A DNA stretch of 64,000 bases from an uncultured Pelagibacteraceae bacterium. Lineage in GTDB: Bacteria; Pseudomonadota; Alphaproteobacteria; Pelagibacterales; Pelagibacteraceae. Below the pieces are notes generated by a model, which worked only from the letters and a program-made list of their open reading frames with translations, did no database searches and was not told the origin of the DNA. Positions within the stretch are counted from its first letter, which is position 1. The number at the start of each line of letters is the position of its first letter. Shown one piece after another: positions 1 to 9,861 of the stretch. The DNA is taken from contig CACKWM010000005.1 in NCBI GenBank assembly GCA_902603905.1, forward strand, positions 817 to 64,816, written 5' to 3'. A program made the translations under genes and the position numbers.

Positions 1-1
1 T

Positions 2-1624
2 AAAGGTCTGGCCATATTCGCTGGTTTAATCATGATTTATATTTCTGTATTTGGTCAATGGAAACCTGCGATGCAAACACTTTCTTTTATATTGGTAGCA
101 GCACCACTTTCTTTCATTTTTGGTTTGATCTTAGGCATTATGGCTTTTAAGAGCAAACGTGTTGAGAAAGCTTTATATCCTATACTCCTAGTGATGCAGA
201 CCATGCCACAATATGCAGTTTTAGTTCCTGCAATGGTTCTTTTTGGAATTGGAGATCATGCTGCAGTTATTATAACAATGGTTGTTGCTATTCCACCAAT
301 GATCTTATTAACTTTATTGGGTCTTAGAGCGGTACCTCCCGAAGTTATTGAAGCTGGCAAAATGAGTGGATGTAATAATTTTCAACTTATGAGCAAAGTA
401 TTAATTCCAACTGCAAGAAGGGACATTTTAATTGGTGTCAATCAGGTCATTATGGTGTGTTTTTCTATGGCGGTTATTTCAGCTTTTATAGGTGCTAAAG
501 GATTAGGGTGGAATTTATTGTTAGCTTTAAATCAACTGAATATTGGATTGGCACTGGAAGCCGGCTTATGTATTAGTATGATTGCAATACTGTTAGATAA
601 AATGTCTTTGGCTTGGGCAAATAAACAAGAAGATTATTTTGGCAACCTAACGTTTTTTCAGCGTTACAAAAATACATTATTTTTTGCTGGAGCAGTATTA
701 ATAGGAGTGATATTTGCCTACGCTGGATCTTTTTTGTTTAAAGACAGTTTTAATTACTTTTTTGAGATTCCACATAATAAAGGAATATCATTTGCAGATT
801 TCTGGAATAAAGGTGTTGATTGGATTTGGGACACATTCTTTCAAACTTTAAAAATATTTAATACTTGGTTAATTACAGAAGTTCTTCAACCTATGAGAGC
901 CTTATATTTAAGAATGCCAGCAGTTGCTACTTTAGTATTAGTGGTCGGAGCAGGTTATATAATTGGTGGAATTCGTTCAGCTTTTACAGTGGGTGGATTA
1001 GCATTATTTATAGCGCTTAGTCCATGGTGGGATAGAGCTTTAGTCACAACTTATATGGCAACTTTTGGAGTTATTGCATCTTGCACAATTGGATTAACCG
1101 TTGGAACTTTATGTCAACAAAATCAATATACCACAAAATTTATGTTGGCAGTTTGTGATATTTTTCAAACGTTTCCTTCTTTTGTATATTTAATTCCAGT
1201 AATGATGCTTTTTGGTATAACGGATACATCAGTATTAATTGCGGTAATTGTTTACGCAACTATACCTGCTACCAGGTACACTATTGAGGGATTAAGAAGT
1301 GTTCCACCTGCTTTGCATGACGCAGCCACAATGTCTGGTGTAACGAAATTACAAAGATTAATAAATATAGAATTTCCAGTAGCGTTTCCTCACATGATGC
1401 TTGGTGTAAATCAAACAATCGTATTTGCTTTGTTTATGGTAATTATAGGAGCGTTTATTGGAACAGAAGATTTAGGACAATATATTCTAAAAGCTTTATC
1501 TGATAAAAAAGGTGGAGGTAAAGGATTAATACTTGGTATATGTGTCGCTTTCATAGCTCTAATATTTGATAATTTAATTCGAACTTGGGTAGAAAAAAGA
1601 AAAAAGCACCTTGGTATAGCTTAA
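2..1624 (+). CDS. ABC transporter permease, ProW/OpuAB family with two BPD_transp_1 domains (glycine betaine/TMAO type); 5' truncated by window edge
   Basis: Frame is open from position 2 into the Met at 32. Two EAA-like loops (EVIEAGKMSGC, ALHDAATMSGV) and two QTxP/GVNQ motif repeats typical of ProW. Confidence 0.85.
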   Translation, partial: KGLAIFAGLIMIYISVFGQWKPAMQTLSFILVAAPLSFIFGLILGIMAFKSKRVEKALYPILLVMQTMPQYAVLVPAMVLFGIGDHAAVIITMVVAIPPMILLTLLGLRAVPPEVIEAGKMSGCNNFQLMSKVLIPTARRDILIGVNQVIMVCFSMAVISAFIGAKGLGWNLLLALNQLNIGLALEAGLCISMIAILLDKMSLAWANKQEDYFGNLTFFQRYKNTLFFAGAVLIGVIFAYAGSFLFKDSFNYFFEIPHNKGISFADFWNKGVDWIWDTFFQTLKIFNTWLITEVLQPMRALYLRMPAVATLVLVVGAGYIIGGIRSAFTVGGLALFIALSPWWDRALVTTYMATFGVIASCTIGLTVGTLCQQNQYTTKFMLAVCDIFQTFPSFVYLIPVMMLFGITDTSVLIAVIVYATIPATRYTIEGLRSVPPALHDAATMSGVTKLQRLINIEFPVAFPHMMLGVNQTIVFALFMVIIGAFIGTEDLGQYILKALSDKKGGGKGLILGICVAFIALIFDNLIRTWVEKRKKHLGIA

Positions 1625-1628
1625 AATT

Positions 1629-3107
1629 GTGAAAAAATTTTTAGTCGCTATTGATCAAGGCACTACATCAACAAGAGTAATCCTGTTTGATGTAAAAGGG
1701 AGTGTAAAATTTATATCTCAGTACGAATTTAAACAATATTTTCCAAAAAATGGTTGGGTAGAACATAATCCAAATGAAATTTGGTTAACAACACTAAAAG
1801 CATTAAAAAAAGTTATAAATAAAGCCTCACTTTTAAAAGGCAATATAATAAGCATAGGAATAACCAATCAAAGAGAAACCACTATTCTTTGGAATAGGAA
1901 AACTGGCAAGCCAATTTATAATGCTATTGTTTGGCAGGATAGAAGAACTCAAACATATTGTGAAAAACTAAAAAAAAAAAAATATGAAAAAATTTTTAGA
2001 AAAAAAACTGGATTATTTATTGATCCTTATTTTTCTGCAACAAAAATAAAATGGATTTTGGAAAATGTAAAAGAGTCAAAAAAATTAATAAAATCTAATA
2101 ATTTATTATTTGGAACTGTAGATACATTTTTAATATGGAAACTTACTAAAGGAAAAAAACATTTAACAGAAGCCACTAATGCAAGCAGAACAATGCTGTT
2201 TAATATAAATAATAACAAATGGGACAAAGAAATTTTAAAAAAATTAAATATTCCAAAAAATATTTTACCTGAAGTAAAAAATTCTGCTGATGATTTTGGT
2301 ATCACAAATAAAAAAATCATTGGAAAACAAATTCCTATATCAGCTGTTTTAGGTGATCAACAAGCTGCTGCAGTTGGTCAGACATGTTTTGAAAAAGGAT
2401 CAATTAAAAGTACCTACGGCACTGGTGCCTTCGTAATAATGAATACTGGATCAAAAAAAATCTATTCAAATAATAAGTTATTAACAACAATTTGTTATAG
2501 GTTGAACGAAAAAAATACGTACGCTTTAGAAGGCTCAATCTTTATTGCTGGCGCTGGAGTACAGTGGCTTAGAGATAAAGTAAAATTAATTAATAATGCC
2601 TACGAAACTGAGAAAATAACTAAATCTAAAAAGGATAATGATGGCGTTTACATAGTACCAGCTTTCAGCGGTATGGGAGCTCCATACTGGAGACCAGATG
2701 TTAGGGGGTTAATAACGGGCCTTACAAGAAATAGTGATTGGAAAAGTTTAGTAAGAGCAGTTGTGGAGTCCGTTGCGTATCAAAGCTATGATTTATTTAA
2801 CTCAATGAAAAAAGATGGTTTAAAACCTAAAATTATAAAAGTTGATGGGGGCATGGTATCAAATAACTGGTTTTCTCAATTTTTATCTGACATTATTAAT
2901 CTTAATGTAGTTAGACCAAGAGTTTTAGAAACAACTGCTTTAGGAGTTGCACTATTTGCAGGATATCAAGTTGGAGAATTTAAATCTTTAAATGAAATAA
3001 AGCATATATGGAAAAAAGATAGAGTTTTTTCTCCAAAACTAAATAAATCATTGAGAAATAACTTATTGCAAGGATGGAAAGTAGCAATTAGAAAAACTTT
3101 AGCATAA
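1629..3107 (+). CDS. glpK: Glycerol kinase
   Basis: DQGTTSTR, GITNQRETT, VWQDRRT, KSTYGTG, YALEGSIF FGGY-family motifs. GTG start. Confidence 0.95.
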   Translation: MKKFLVAIDQGTTSTRVILFDVKGSVKFISQYEFKQYFPKNGWVEHNPNEIWLTTLKALKKVINKASLLKGNIISIGITNQRETTILWNRKTGKPIYNAIVWQDRRTQTYCEKLKKKKYEKIFRKKTGLFIDPYFSATKIKWILENVKESKKLIKSNNLLFGTVDTFLIWKLTKGKKHLTEATNASRTMLFNINNNKWDKEILKKLNIPKNILPEVKNSADDFGITNKKIIGKQIPISAVLGDQQAAAVGQTCFEKGSIKSTYGTGAFVIMNTGSKKIYSNNKLLTTICYRLNEKNTYALEGSIFIAGAGVQWLRDKVKLINNAYETEKITKSKKDNDGVYIVPAFSGMGAPYWRPDVRGLITGLTRNSDWKSLVRAVVESVAYQSYDLFNSMKKDGLKPKIIKVDGGMVSNNWFSQFLSDIINLNVVRPRVLETTALGVALFAGYQVGEFKSLNEIKHIWKKDRVFSPKLNKSLRNNLLQGWKVAIRKTLA

Positions 3108-3115
3108 TTTAAACT

Positions 3116-4150
3116 ATGAAAAAAATTTTAATCATTGGAGCTGGAGCTATGGGTTCAGCATTTACTATTCCATGCACAGATAATAATAACGAAGTAACAT
3201 TAGTTGGTACGCATTTGGAGAATGAATTAATAACATCTATTAAAAAAAATAAAAATTTTCATCCATCATTAAAAACTAGTTTACCTTCAAAAATTAACAT
3301 AGAAAGATTTGACAACTTAAAACCTCTAATGGAAAAAGGTGTAGATATAATAGTTGCAGGAATAAGTTCAGTAGGAATAAAGTGGTTTGGTGAAGAAGTT
3401 TCTAAATATTACAAAAAAAAACTTCCTATAGTTTTGTTAACAAAAGGTCTGTCTGTAGAAAATGACGAGTTAATCACTCTGTCAGAAAAAATAAAAATAT
3501 TATTAAAAGAAAAAGGACACAATGATAATGAAATTAATATATCAGCAATTAAAGGACCTTGTTTAGCAACTGGTTTAGCAAACAAAATGAGAACAGGAAC
3601 TGTAATAGCCAACCCAAATATAAAAGAAGCACAATTTTTAAAAAAAATTATTTCAACTAATTATTATTCGACAGAACTTTCAACTGATCTTCAAGGTGTT
3701 GAATTATCAGGCGCAATTAAAAATATTTATTCAATGTTGATAGGGGCTGCTGAAGGTTTAAGTAATTCAAAGGCTCCAATTGAGATACAATCTAAATATT
3801 ATTTAAATACTTCAGCATCATTAATACATAGATCAATTTCTGAAATGGCAGAGTTTGTGTCCTGTTATGGAGGAAATGCAGAAACAGTTTATGGATTAGC
3901 TGGACTTGGAGATCTTTATGTCAGTGCTATTGGAGGAAGAAATAGTTTAATGGGAAAGTATCTTGGAAAAGGACATTTATATAAAGATGCAAAAGAATTA
4001 TACATGAAGGACATAACTGTAGAAGGTGCTGAACTTGCATTTGAAATAGGTCCAAAAATTTTTAAAGACCTTAAAACAGAAAAATTTCCTTTAATGTTTA
4101 GTGTTTTAAAGTCTATATGTGAAAACAAAAAATTAGAAATTAATTGGTAA
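3116..4150 (+). CDS. gpsA: NAD(P)H-dependent glycerol-3-phosphate dehydrogenase (divergent)
   Basis: GAGAMG Rossmann motif, TKG, GAIKN, GLAGLGDL, GRN, VEG motifs. Confidence 0.85.
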   Translation: MKKILIIGAGAMGSAFTIPCTDNNNEVTLVGTHLENELITSIKKNKNFHPSLKTSLPSKINIERFDNLKPLMEKGVDIIVAGISSVGIKWFGEEVSKYYKKKLPIVLLTKGLSVENDELITLSEKIKILLKEKGHNDNEINISAIKGPCLATGLANKMRTGTVIANPNIKEAQFLKKIISTNYYSTELSTDLQGVELSGAIKNIYSMLIGAAEGLSNSKAPIEIQSKYYLNTSASLIHRSISEMAEFVSCYGGNAETVYGLAGLGDLYVSAIGGRNSLMGKYLGKGHLYKDAKELYMKDITVEGAELAFEIGPKIFKDLKTEKFPLMFSVLKSICENKKLEINW

Positions 4151-4309
4151 ATGAATACTAAAATTATAAATATTGCTGGATGGGTTTTATTTTTGATCTC
4201 TGCAATTGGTTTTATTATTTCTAGCCTTGGTAATTTTTGGGCTATGTTTGGAAGTCTTTTCTTTTTAGCCGGCTGTGTAGTTTTTTTGATACCTTATTTT
4301 TTTGAATGA
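4151..4309 (+). CDS. Small 52-aa membrane protein with two hydrophobic segments (not in ORF track)
   Basis: ATG directly after the gpsA stop. Manual translation: MNTKIINIAGWVLFLISAIGFIISSLGNFWAMFGSLFFLAGCVVFLIPYFFE*. Overlaps the tmm 3' end by 16 nt. Confidence 0.7.
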   Translation: MNTKIINIAGWVLFLISAIGFIISSLGNFWAMFGSLFFLAGCVVFLIPYFFE

Positions 4310-5634
4310 TTTAAAAAGGTTTTTGAAGAATCATCCATTGCTGATGCCCATGGAGTGTGATGAATCGGAGCAACTGAACCAGTAACAGGAGATGAAAAAG
4401 ATTTATTTCTGTAAGTCATAATGTCTTCCATTTTGTGGTGTTCCCATTCTTTAAAATGTTTTCTTATTAATTCAAAATCAATTTTTGGATAATCAGACAA
4501 ATCATGAAGTTCTTTTGTATATTCCGTTTGAAAGTCTATCATTTGATCTGGATTTTCTAACTTTTCTTCCATTGCTACCCATTTATTTATATCTTTTTCT
4601 ATTTCTGAGTCATTTGGAATTTTAATCTTGTTCATTATCACATCTCTAGCAAACCATGCCTGGCAATCAAACATATTAAATGTATGAAATTGATCTTGCA
4701 TACCCAAGTAAAGTAAATTGTGATTATTTTGCCATACAACACCTTTGTATAGTTTTGGTGGATACAATCTATTTCTAGTTTTTAATTTTAGATCTTCAGT
4801 TAAAAAAGGGAAATGATGAAGATAACCACAACACAAAATTATCGCATCAGCTTCTTGTTTATGACCATCTTTGAAAATTGCTTTATTCCCATCTATTCTA
4901 TCTAAATAATGCACTTCTTTTACTCCACTAGGCCATTTAAAACCCATTGGGTTATGTCTGTAACCAATAGTTACACTTTTTGCACCGTACTTATGACATT
5001 GGAGAGCTACATCTTCGGCAGAATAACTACTTCCTAAAACAATAACATTTTTACCTCTGAATTCCTCTGCATCTCTAAAATCATGTGAGTGTAATATTCT
5101 TCCTGGAAAAGATTTCATTCCAGGATATTCTGGAATGAACGGAACAGAGAAATGACCAGTTGATACAACTACATAATCAAAATTTTCTTTTAAATTCTTA
5201 TCATTTTTTTTATCACATGAAGTTAGTTCAAAATTTTTTCCATTATAAATTACATTAGTTACGCTATTATTAAATCTTACTTTATTTTTTAGATTTCCTT
5301 TTTTTACTCTACCAAGTATATAATCATATAAGACTTCTCTTGGTGGAAATGATGGAATAGGTTTTCCAAAATGTTCGTCAAATGAATAATCAGCAAATTC
5401 TAAGCATTCTTTAGGTCCATTTGACCAAAGATATCTATACATACTATTAGGAACAGGATCTCCATATTGATCAGATCCAGTTCTCCAGCTGTAATTCCAC
5501 AATCCTCCCCAATCTTCTTGTTTTTCAAAACAAACTATTTCAGGTATTTTTTCGCCTTTTTTTTCAGCTTGTTCAAAAGATCTTAACATTGACAAGCCGC
5601 ACGGTCCTGTTCCAATAATTGCTACTTTTGTCAT
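4294..5634 (-). CDS. tmm: Flavin-containing monooxygenase, trimethylamine monooxygenase
   Basis: GTGPCG FAD motif, WGGLWNYSWRTG, SMYRYLWSNGPKECLEF, FPGRILHSHDFR FMO fingerprint, GSSYSAED NADPH motif. Confidence 0.92.
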   Translation of the reverse strand: MTKVAIIGTGPCGLSMLRSFEQAEKKGEKIPEIVCFEKQEDWGGLWNYSWRTGSDQYGDPVPNSMYRYLWSNGPKECLEFADYSFDEHFGKPIPSFPPREVLYDYILGRVKKGNLKNKVRFNNSVTNVIYNGKNFELTSCDKKNDKNLKENFDYVVVSTGHFSVPFIPEYPGMKSFPGRILHSHDFRDAEEFRGKNVIVLGSSYSAEDVALQCHKYGAKSVTIGYRHNPMGFKWPSGVKEVHYLDRIDGNKAIFKDGHKQEADAIILCCGYLHHFPFLTEDLKLKTRNRLYPPKLYKGVVWQNNHNLLYLGMQDQFHTFNMFDCQAWFARDVIMNKIKIPNDSEIEKDINKWVAMEEKLENPDQMIDFQTEYTKELHDLSDYPKIDFELIRKHFKEWEHHKMEDIMTYRNKSFSSPVTGSVAPIHHTPWASAMDDSSKTFLNHSKK

Positions 5635-5711
5635 TGATATATTTCCAAATAAAATAAATTTATAAATGTTTTATACTAACAAAATGGTAAAAATTGAAAT
5701 AATATTTTATT

Positions 5712-6869
5712 ATGAAAATTAATTGGAATTACCCCACTTCTGTATGGGTAGGTGAAAATAGAATTAATGATTTATTTATAGGCTGTGAAACATTAAAAAT
5801 TAAGAAACCATTATTTGTTACAGATAAAGATCTTGTTGATCTACCTATGGTAAAAAATTTTTTTTCAAAATTTAAGCAAAGTTTTGAAAAAGTACCAATT
5901 TTTTCGAATTTTTCAGGAAACCCAAATGGAGAAAATGTAGAAGAAGGTGTTCTAGTATTTAAAAAAAATAAATGCGATGGCGTTATAGCTTTTGGTGGAG
6001 GCAGCGGTCTAGATGTTGGCAAAGCTATAGCATTTATGTCAGGCCAATCTAGACCTATATGGGATTTTGAAGATATTGGTGACTATTGGAAAAGAGCTGA
6101 TTCTAATAAAATAGCTCCAATCATAGCTGTACCAACAACAGCAGGAACAGGATCCGAAACAGGTAGGGCAACAGTAATAGTCAACAAAAAAACAGGAATA
6201 AAAAAAATTATTTTTCATCCAAAAATTTTACCTTCAGTAGTAATAATTGACCCTTGTTTAACTATTGATCTATCTCCAAGATTAACTGCGGCAACTGGCA
6301 TGGATGCTTTAGCACATAACTTAGAAGCGTTTTGCGCTCCTGGGTTTCATCCAATGGCAGACGGAATTGCTCTTGAAGGCATGAGATTAATTAAAAAATC
6401 ATTATTAACTGCAGTTACTGATGGAAAAAATATCACCGCAAGATTAGACATGATGGTAGCAGCCAGCATGGGATCAACTGCATTTCAAAAAGGATTGGGA
6501 GCAATACATTCCTTAAGCCATCCTGTAAATGCACAATTTAATATTCATCATGGATTATCAAATGCAATTTTCATGCCTTATGTTTTAACATTTAACAAAG
6601 AAGATATTGAAAAAAAAATTGTTTTAATTTGCAATTATTTAAATATAGAAAAAAATTTTAATAGCTTTATTGATTGGATCATGAAGTTAAGAAAAGATTT
6701 AAAAATTCCTCATAAATTATCGGAAGTACTAGATGAAAAAAAATTTGACCTAAATAAATTTTCTCAAATGGCACTTGATGATCCTTCCACAGGAACAAAT
6801 CCGAAAAAACTATCTAAGTCAGATATGAAAGTAATGTACGAGCATAGTTTGCTTGGCAAGTTATTTTAA
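5712..6869 (+). CDS. Iron-containing alcohol dehydrogenase
   Basis: GGGSGLD, PTTAGTGSE, DALAH, HSLSH and HHG iron ligands. Confidence 0.9.
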   Translation: MKINWNYPTSVWVGENRINDLFIGCETLKIKKPLFVTDKDLVDLPMVKNFFSKFKQSFEKVPIFSNFSGNPNGENVEEGVLVFKKNKCDGVIAFGGGSGLDVGKAIAFMSGQSRPIWDFEDIGDYWKRADSNKIAPIIAVPTTAGTGSETGRATVIVNKKTGIKKIIFHPKILPSVVIIDPCLTIDLSPRLTAATGMDALAHNLEAFCAPGFHPMADGIALEGMRLIKKSLLTAVTDGKNITARLDMMVAASMGSTAFQKGLGAIHSLSHPVNAQFNIHHGLSNAIFMPYVLTFNKEDIEKKIVLICNYLNIEKNFNSFIDWIMKLRKDLKIPHKLSEVLDEKKFDLNKFSQMALDDPSTGTNPKKLSKSDMKVMYEHSLLGKLF

Positions 6870-6870
6870 A

Positions 6871-7665
6871 ATGAAACATTTAAAAGTTCTAATTGTTGAA
6901 GGGAATACCCATGAAGAAAACTTAAAATTCCAAAAATTGTCAAATCAGCCACAGTCTTTTAATTTTAAAGATAATATTAAAAAATACTATCCAGATACAG
7001 AAATAGATATTGTTAATGCTTCTACAAAAAATGAAACAGAAAAATTCATTCCAAAAATAAACAAATATGATGGAATAATTTGGGGAGGTAGCACAATGAA
7101 CATTTATGACAATACAATTGAAATCAAAAGACAAATTGAATTTGCAAAAAAACTTTTTGAATTTGAAAAGAAAATTTTAGCTATTTGTTGGGGGCTTCAG
7201 CTCATTGCCACGGCATCTGGTGGTGAAGTTAAAAAATCTAATACTGGAACACAAGTTGGTATTGCAGTTGATATTGAACTAACCTCCGATGGCTTGAAAC
7301 ATCCTATGTATGCATCTAAATTAAAAAAATTTACAACACCTGCGTTTAATTTTGATGAAGTAGTTAAACCTCCTAAAAATTCTGTTCATTTAGCATTTAA
7401 TAAAACTAATAAAATTCAAGGATTAGCATTTAAGTCAGGAAAATGTGATATTTGGGGATTGCAATATCATCCTGAAATTCATTACGATTATATGATTAAA
7501 TTAATTAATGATCGAAGAAAAAAATTGATCAAAAAGGAATGTTTTAAAAATGATGAAGAGATTGATCGTCATATTAATTTTATAAAAAAAGAAAGAGATA
7601 TTTTGGATGATGAATTTAGGTTGCTTGAAATAAAAAACTGGTTAAAAAATTTAAATGAAAATTAG
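6871..7665 (+). CDS. Class I glutamine amidotransferase-like protein
   Basis: ICWGLQ nucleophile and QYHPE. ATG at 6871 preferred over the upstream TTG at 6853. Confidence 0.8.
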   Translation: MKHLKVLIVEGNTHEENLKFQKLSNQPQSFNFKDNIKKYYPDTEIDIVNASTKNETEKFIPKINKYDGIIWGGSTMNIYDNTIEIKRQIEFAKKLFEFEKKILAICWGLQLIATASGGEVKKSNTGTQVGIAVDIELTSDGLKHPMYASKLKKFTTPAFNFDEVVKPPKNSVHLAFNKTNKIQGLAFKSGKCDIWGLQYHPEIHYDYMIKLINDRRKKLIKKECFKNDEEIDRHINFIKKERDILDDEFRLLEIKNWLKNLNEN

Positions 7666-8917
7666 TTCAAAGGATCAAATCGTAAATTATTTTGTAAATG
7701 GTGAAAAAAAAAAACTTTTAATAGGGGTAGAAAATGAGAAATTTCTATTTCAAGAAAAAAATAATTTCAGAGCTAATTATTTAGATATAAAAAAAGTTTT
7801 AGAAATATTTAAAAAAAAATATCAATGGAATGACGTAAAAGAGAATGAAAATATTATAGGTCTAAAAATTGGTGGAAAATCGATATCTCTAGAACCAGGA
7901 AATCAAATTGAATTATCTGGGGCCAAACTATCGAATATTCATGAAGTATGCTCTGAATCACACGATTTTCAAAATAAACTTGATAAAATTTGTAAAGAGA
8001 TTGGATTTAAAACTGTTTCTATTGGTTATGATCCAGTCACAAAGTTAAGTGATGCCCCAAATAATCCTAAAGAAAGATACAAATTAATGACTGAAGAAAT
8101 GCCCAAAAAGGGAAAGTTAAGCTTAAATATGATGTACCAAACATCTGGCACACAAATTAATTTAGATTATTTATCTGAAAGTGATTTTAAAAAAAAATTT
8201 AAAATAATTTCTTATTTAACTCCAATATCTATAGCTATTTTTGCAAACTCAGCAATATTACAGAATAAACCTAGTGGATATTTATCATACAGATCTAAAG
8301 TGTGGCAAAGTACATCTAGAGGTGGTTTGCCAAAAATATTTTTAGAGGATATGGATTTTGAAAAGTATGCAGATTTTGTAATTAATTATCCATTACTTTT
8401 TATTTATAAAAACAAAATACACAAAAAATCTAATAACAAAACTTTCGGTGATTTTATGAAAGGAAAATTACCAGAAGCTAACAATGAATTACCAAGCACT
8501 AAAGATTTAGAGTTGCACCTTAGTACTATTTTTACCGAAGTTAGATTAAAAAAATATATAGAAATGAGGTCATTAGATGCTTGTGAATGGGACTGCCATT
8601 GTGCTGGGCCAGCATTTTACACAGGACTTATTTACGGAAAATTAGATGAAATTTTAGATTTAATTAAAGATTGGGAAAGTGAAGATGTATTAAAAGCATA
8701 CATAGACTCTCCAAAGAAAGGTTTAGCAACAGAAATAAAAAACAAATCAATTTTAGAATGGGGAAAAATATTTTTAAATTTATCCAACAAAGGATTACAG
8801 GATCGTAATTTTAAAAACAAAGATGGCAAGAATGAAACCATATTTTTAAAAAATGTAGAACAAATTTTACAACAAAATAAAACTAAAGCAGAAAAAACAC
8901 TAGAAAATTTAAATTAA
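7655..8917 (+). CDS. gshA: Glutamate--cysteine ligase (alphaproteobacterial/plant type)
   Basis: IGVENEKF, ISLEPGNQIELSG, HLSTIFTEVRLKKYIEMRSLD. Adjacent to gshB. Confidence 0.9.
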   Translation: MKISSKDQIVNYFVNGEKKKLLIGVENEKFLFQEKNNFRANYLDIKKVLEIFKKKYQWNDVKENENIIGLKIGGKSISLEPGNQIELSGAKLSNIHEVCSESHDFQNKLDKICKEIGFKTVSIGYDPVTKLSDAPNNPKERYKLMTEEMPKKGKLSLNMMYQTSGTQINLDYLSESDFKKKFKIISYLTPISIAIFANSAILQNKPSGYLSYRSKVWQSTSRGGLPKIFLEDMDFEKYADFVINYPLLFIYKNKIHKKSNNKTFGDFMKGKLPEANNELPSTKDLELHLSTIFTEVRLKKYIEMRSLDACEWDCHCAGPAFYTGLIYGKLDEILDLIKDWESEDVLKAYIDSPKKGLATEIKNKSILEWGKIFLNLSNKGLQDRNFKNKDGKNETIFLKNVEQILQQNKTKAEKTLENLN

Positions 8918-8922
8918 AAAAA

Positions 8923-9861
8923 ATGAGTATTAAAAAAATTATTGCAATTCAAGGAGACTCTATAAAGAAAATAAATATTAAAACCGATACAACTTTTTTG
9001 CTTGCCTTAGAGGCTCAAAGAAGAGGTTATAAGATTTATTGGTACGAAACAAAAGATCTTAATTTTATAAGTTCAAAACTTTTTATTTCTGCCACTGAAG
9101 TAAAATTTTATGAGAACAAAAAAAAATATTTCAAGATAATAAAAAAGAATAAATTTGATTTATCAAAAGCAAAGTATGTATTAATTAGACAGAACCCACC
9201 TTTTAATATGGACTATGTAACTTCAACTTTATTATTAGATACAATTAAAAATAAAACAACAATAATAAATGATCCAACATCAGTCAGAAATATTTCTGAA
9301 AAATTATTTTCTATAAATTTTCTTAAATTTATGCCTCCAACAATTTTTACAAAAAATATTAAAGAAATTATTAATTTTAAAAAAAAATACAAAAAAATAG
9401 TTCTTAAACCAATACATGGTTATGCCGGTAAGGATATTTTATTTTTAAATGATAAATTTAATTTAAAAAAAATTAAAAAATATTTAAACAAAATTAATCA
9501 TGTGATGGCTCAAACCTTTTTGTCTGGAGTTAAAAAAGGAGATAAAAGAGTGTTCATTATTAATGGAATAGTAAAAGGAGTTATAAAAAGAATACCTTCT
9601 AAAAATTCAATATTATCAAATTTGTCTCAAGGTGGTAAAGCTTTTAAAACAACCTTAAGTTCAAAAGAATTAAAAATTTCAAATTATGTAGCTAAAAAAT
9701 TAAAACAACAAAACATATTTTTTGCAGGAATTGATTTGGTTTCAAATTATTTAATTGGTGATATTAATGTAACCTCACCAACGGGTTTAAAAAATCATTA
9801 TGATTTAACAGGTGTTAATTTAGCAGTGGATTTTTGGGATACTTTAGAAAAATTAAAATAA
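8923..9861 (+). CDS. gshB: Glutathione synthetase
   Basis: [37 protein letters not shown]. Confidence 0.92.
   Translation: MSIKKIIAIQGDSIKKINIKTDTTFLLALEAQRRGYKIYWYETKDLNFISSKLFISATEVKFYENKKKYFKIIKKNKFDLSKAKYVLIRQNPPFNMDYVTSTLLLDTIKNKTTIINDPTSVRNISEKLFSINFLKFMPPTIFTKNIKEIINFKKKYKKIVLKPIHGYAGKDILFLNDKFNLKKIKKYLNKINHVMAQTFLSGVKKGDKRVFIINGIVKGVIKRIPSKNSILSNLSQGGKAFKTTLSSKELKISNYVAKKLKQQNIFFAGIDLVSNYLIGDINVTSPTGLKNHYDLTGVNLAVDFWDTLEKLK

Noticed and set aside
1970-1982. A13 homopolymer in glpK, and 11-nt runs at 19070, 51351 and 56193, as phase-variation tracts
   Set aside because: All reading frames are intact. Such runs are expected from Lys codons in very AT-rich DNA.
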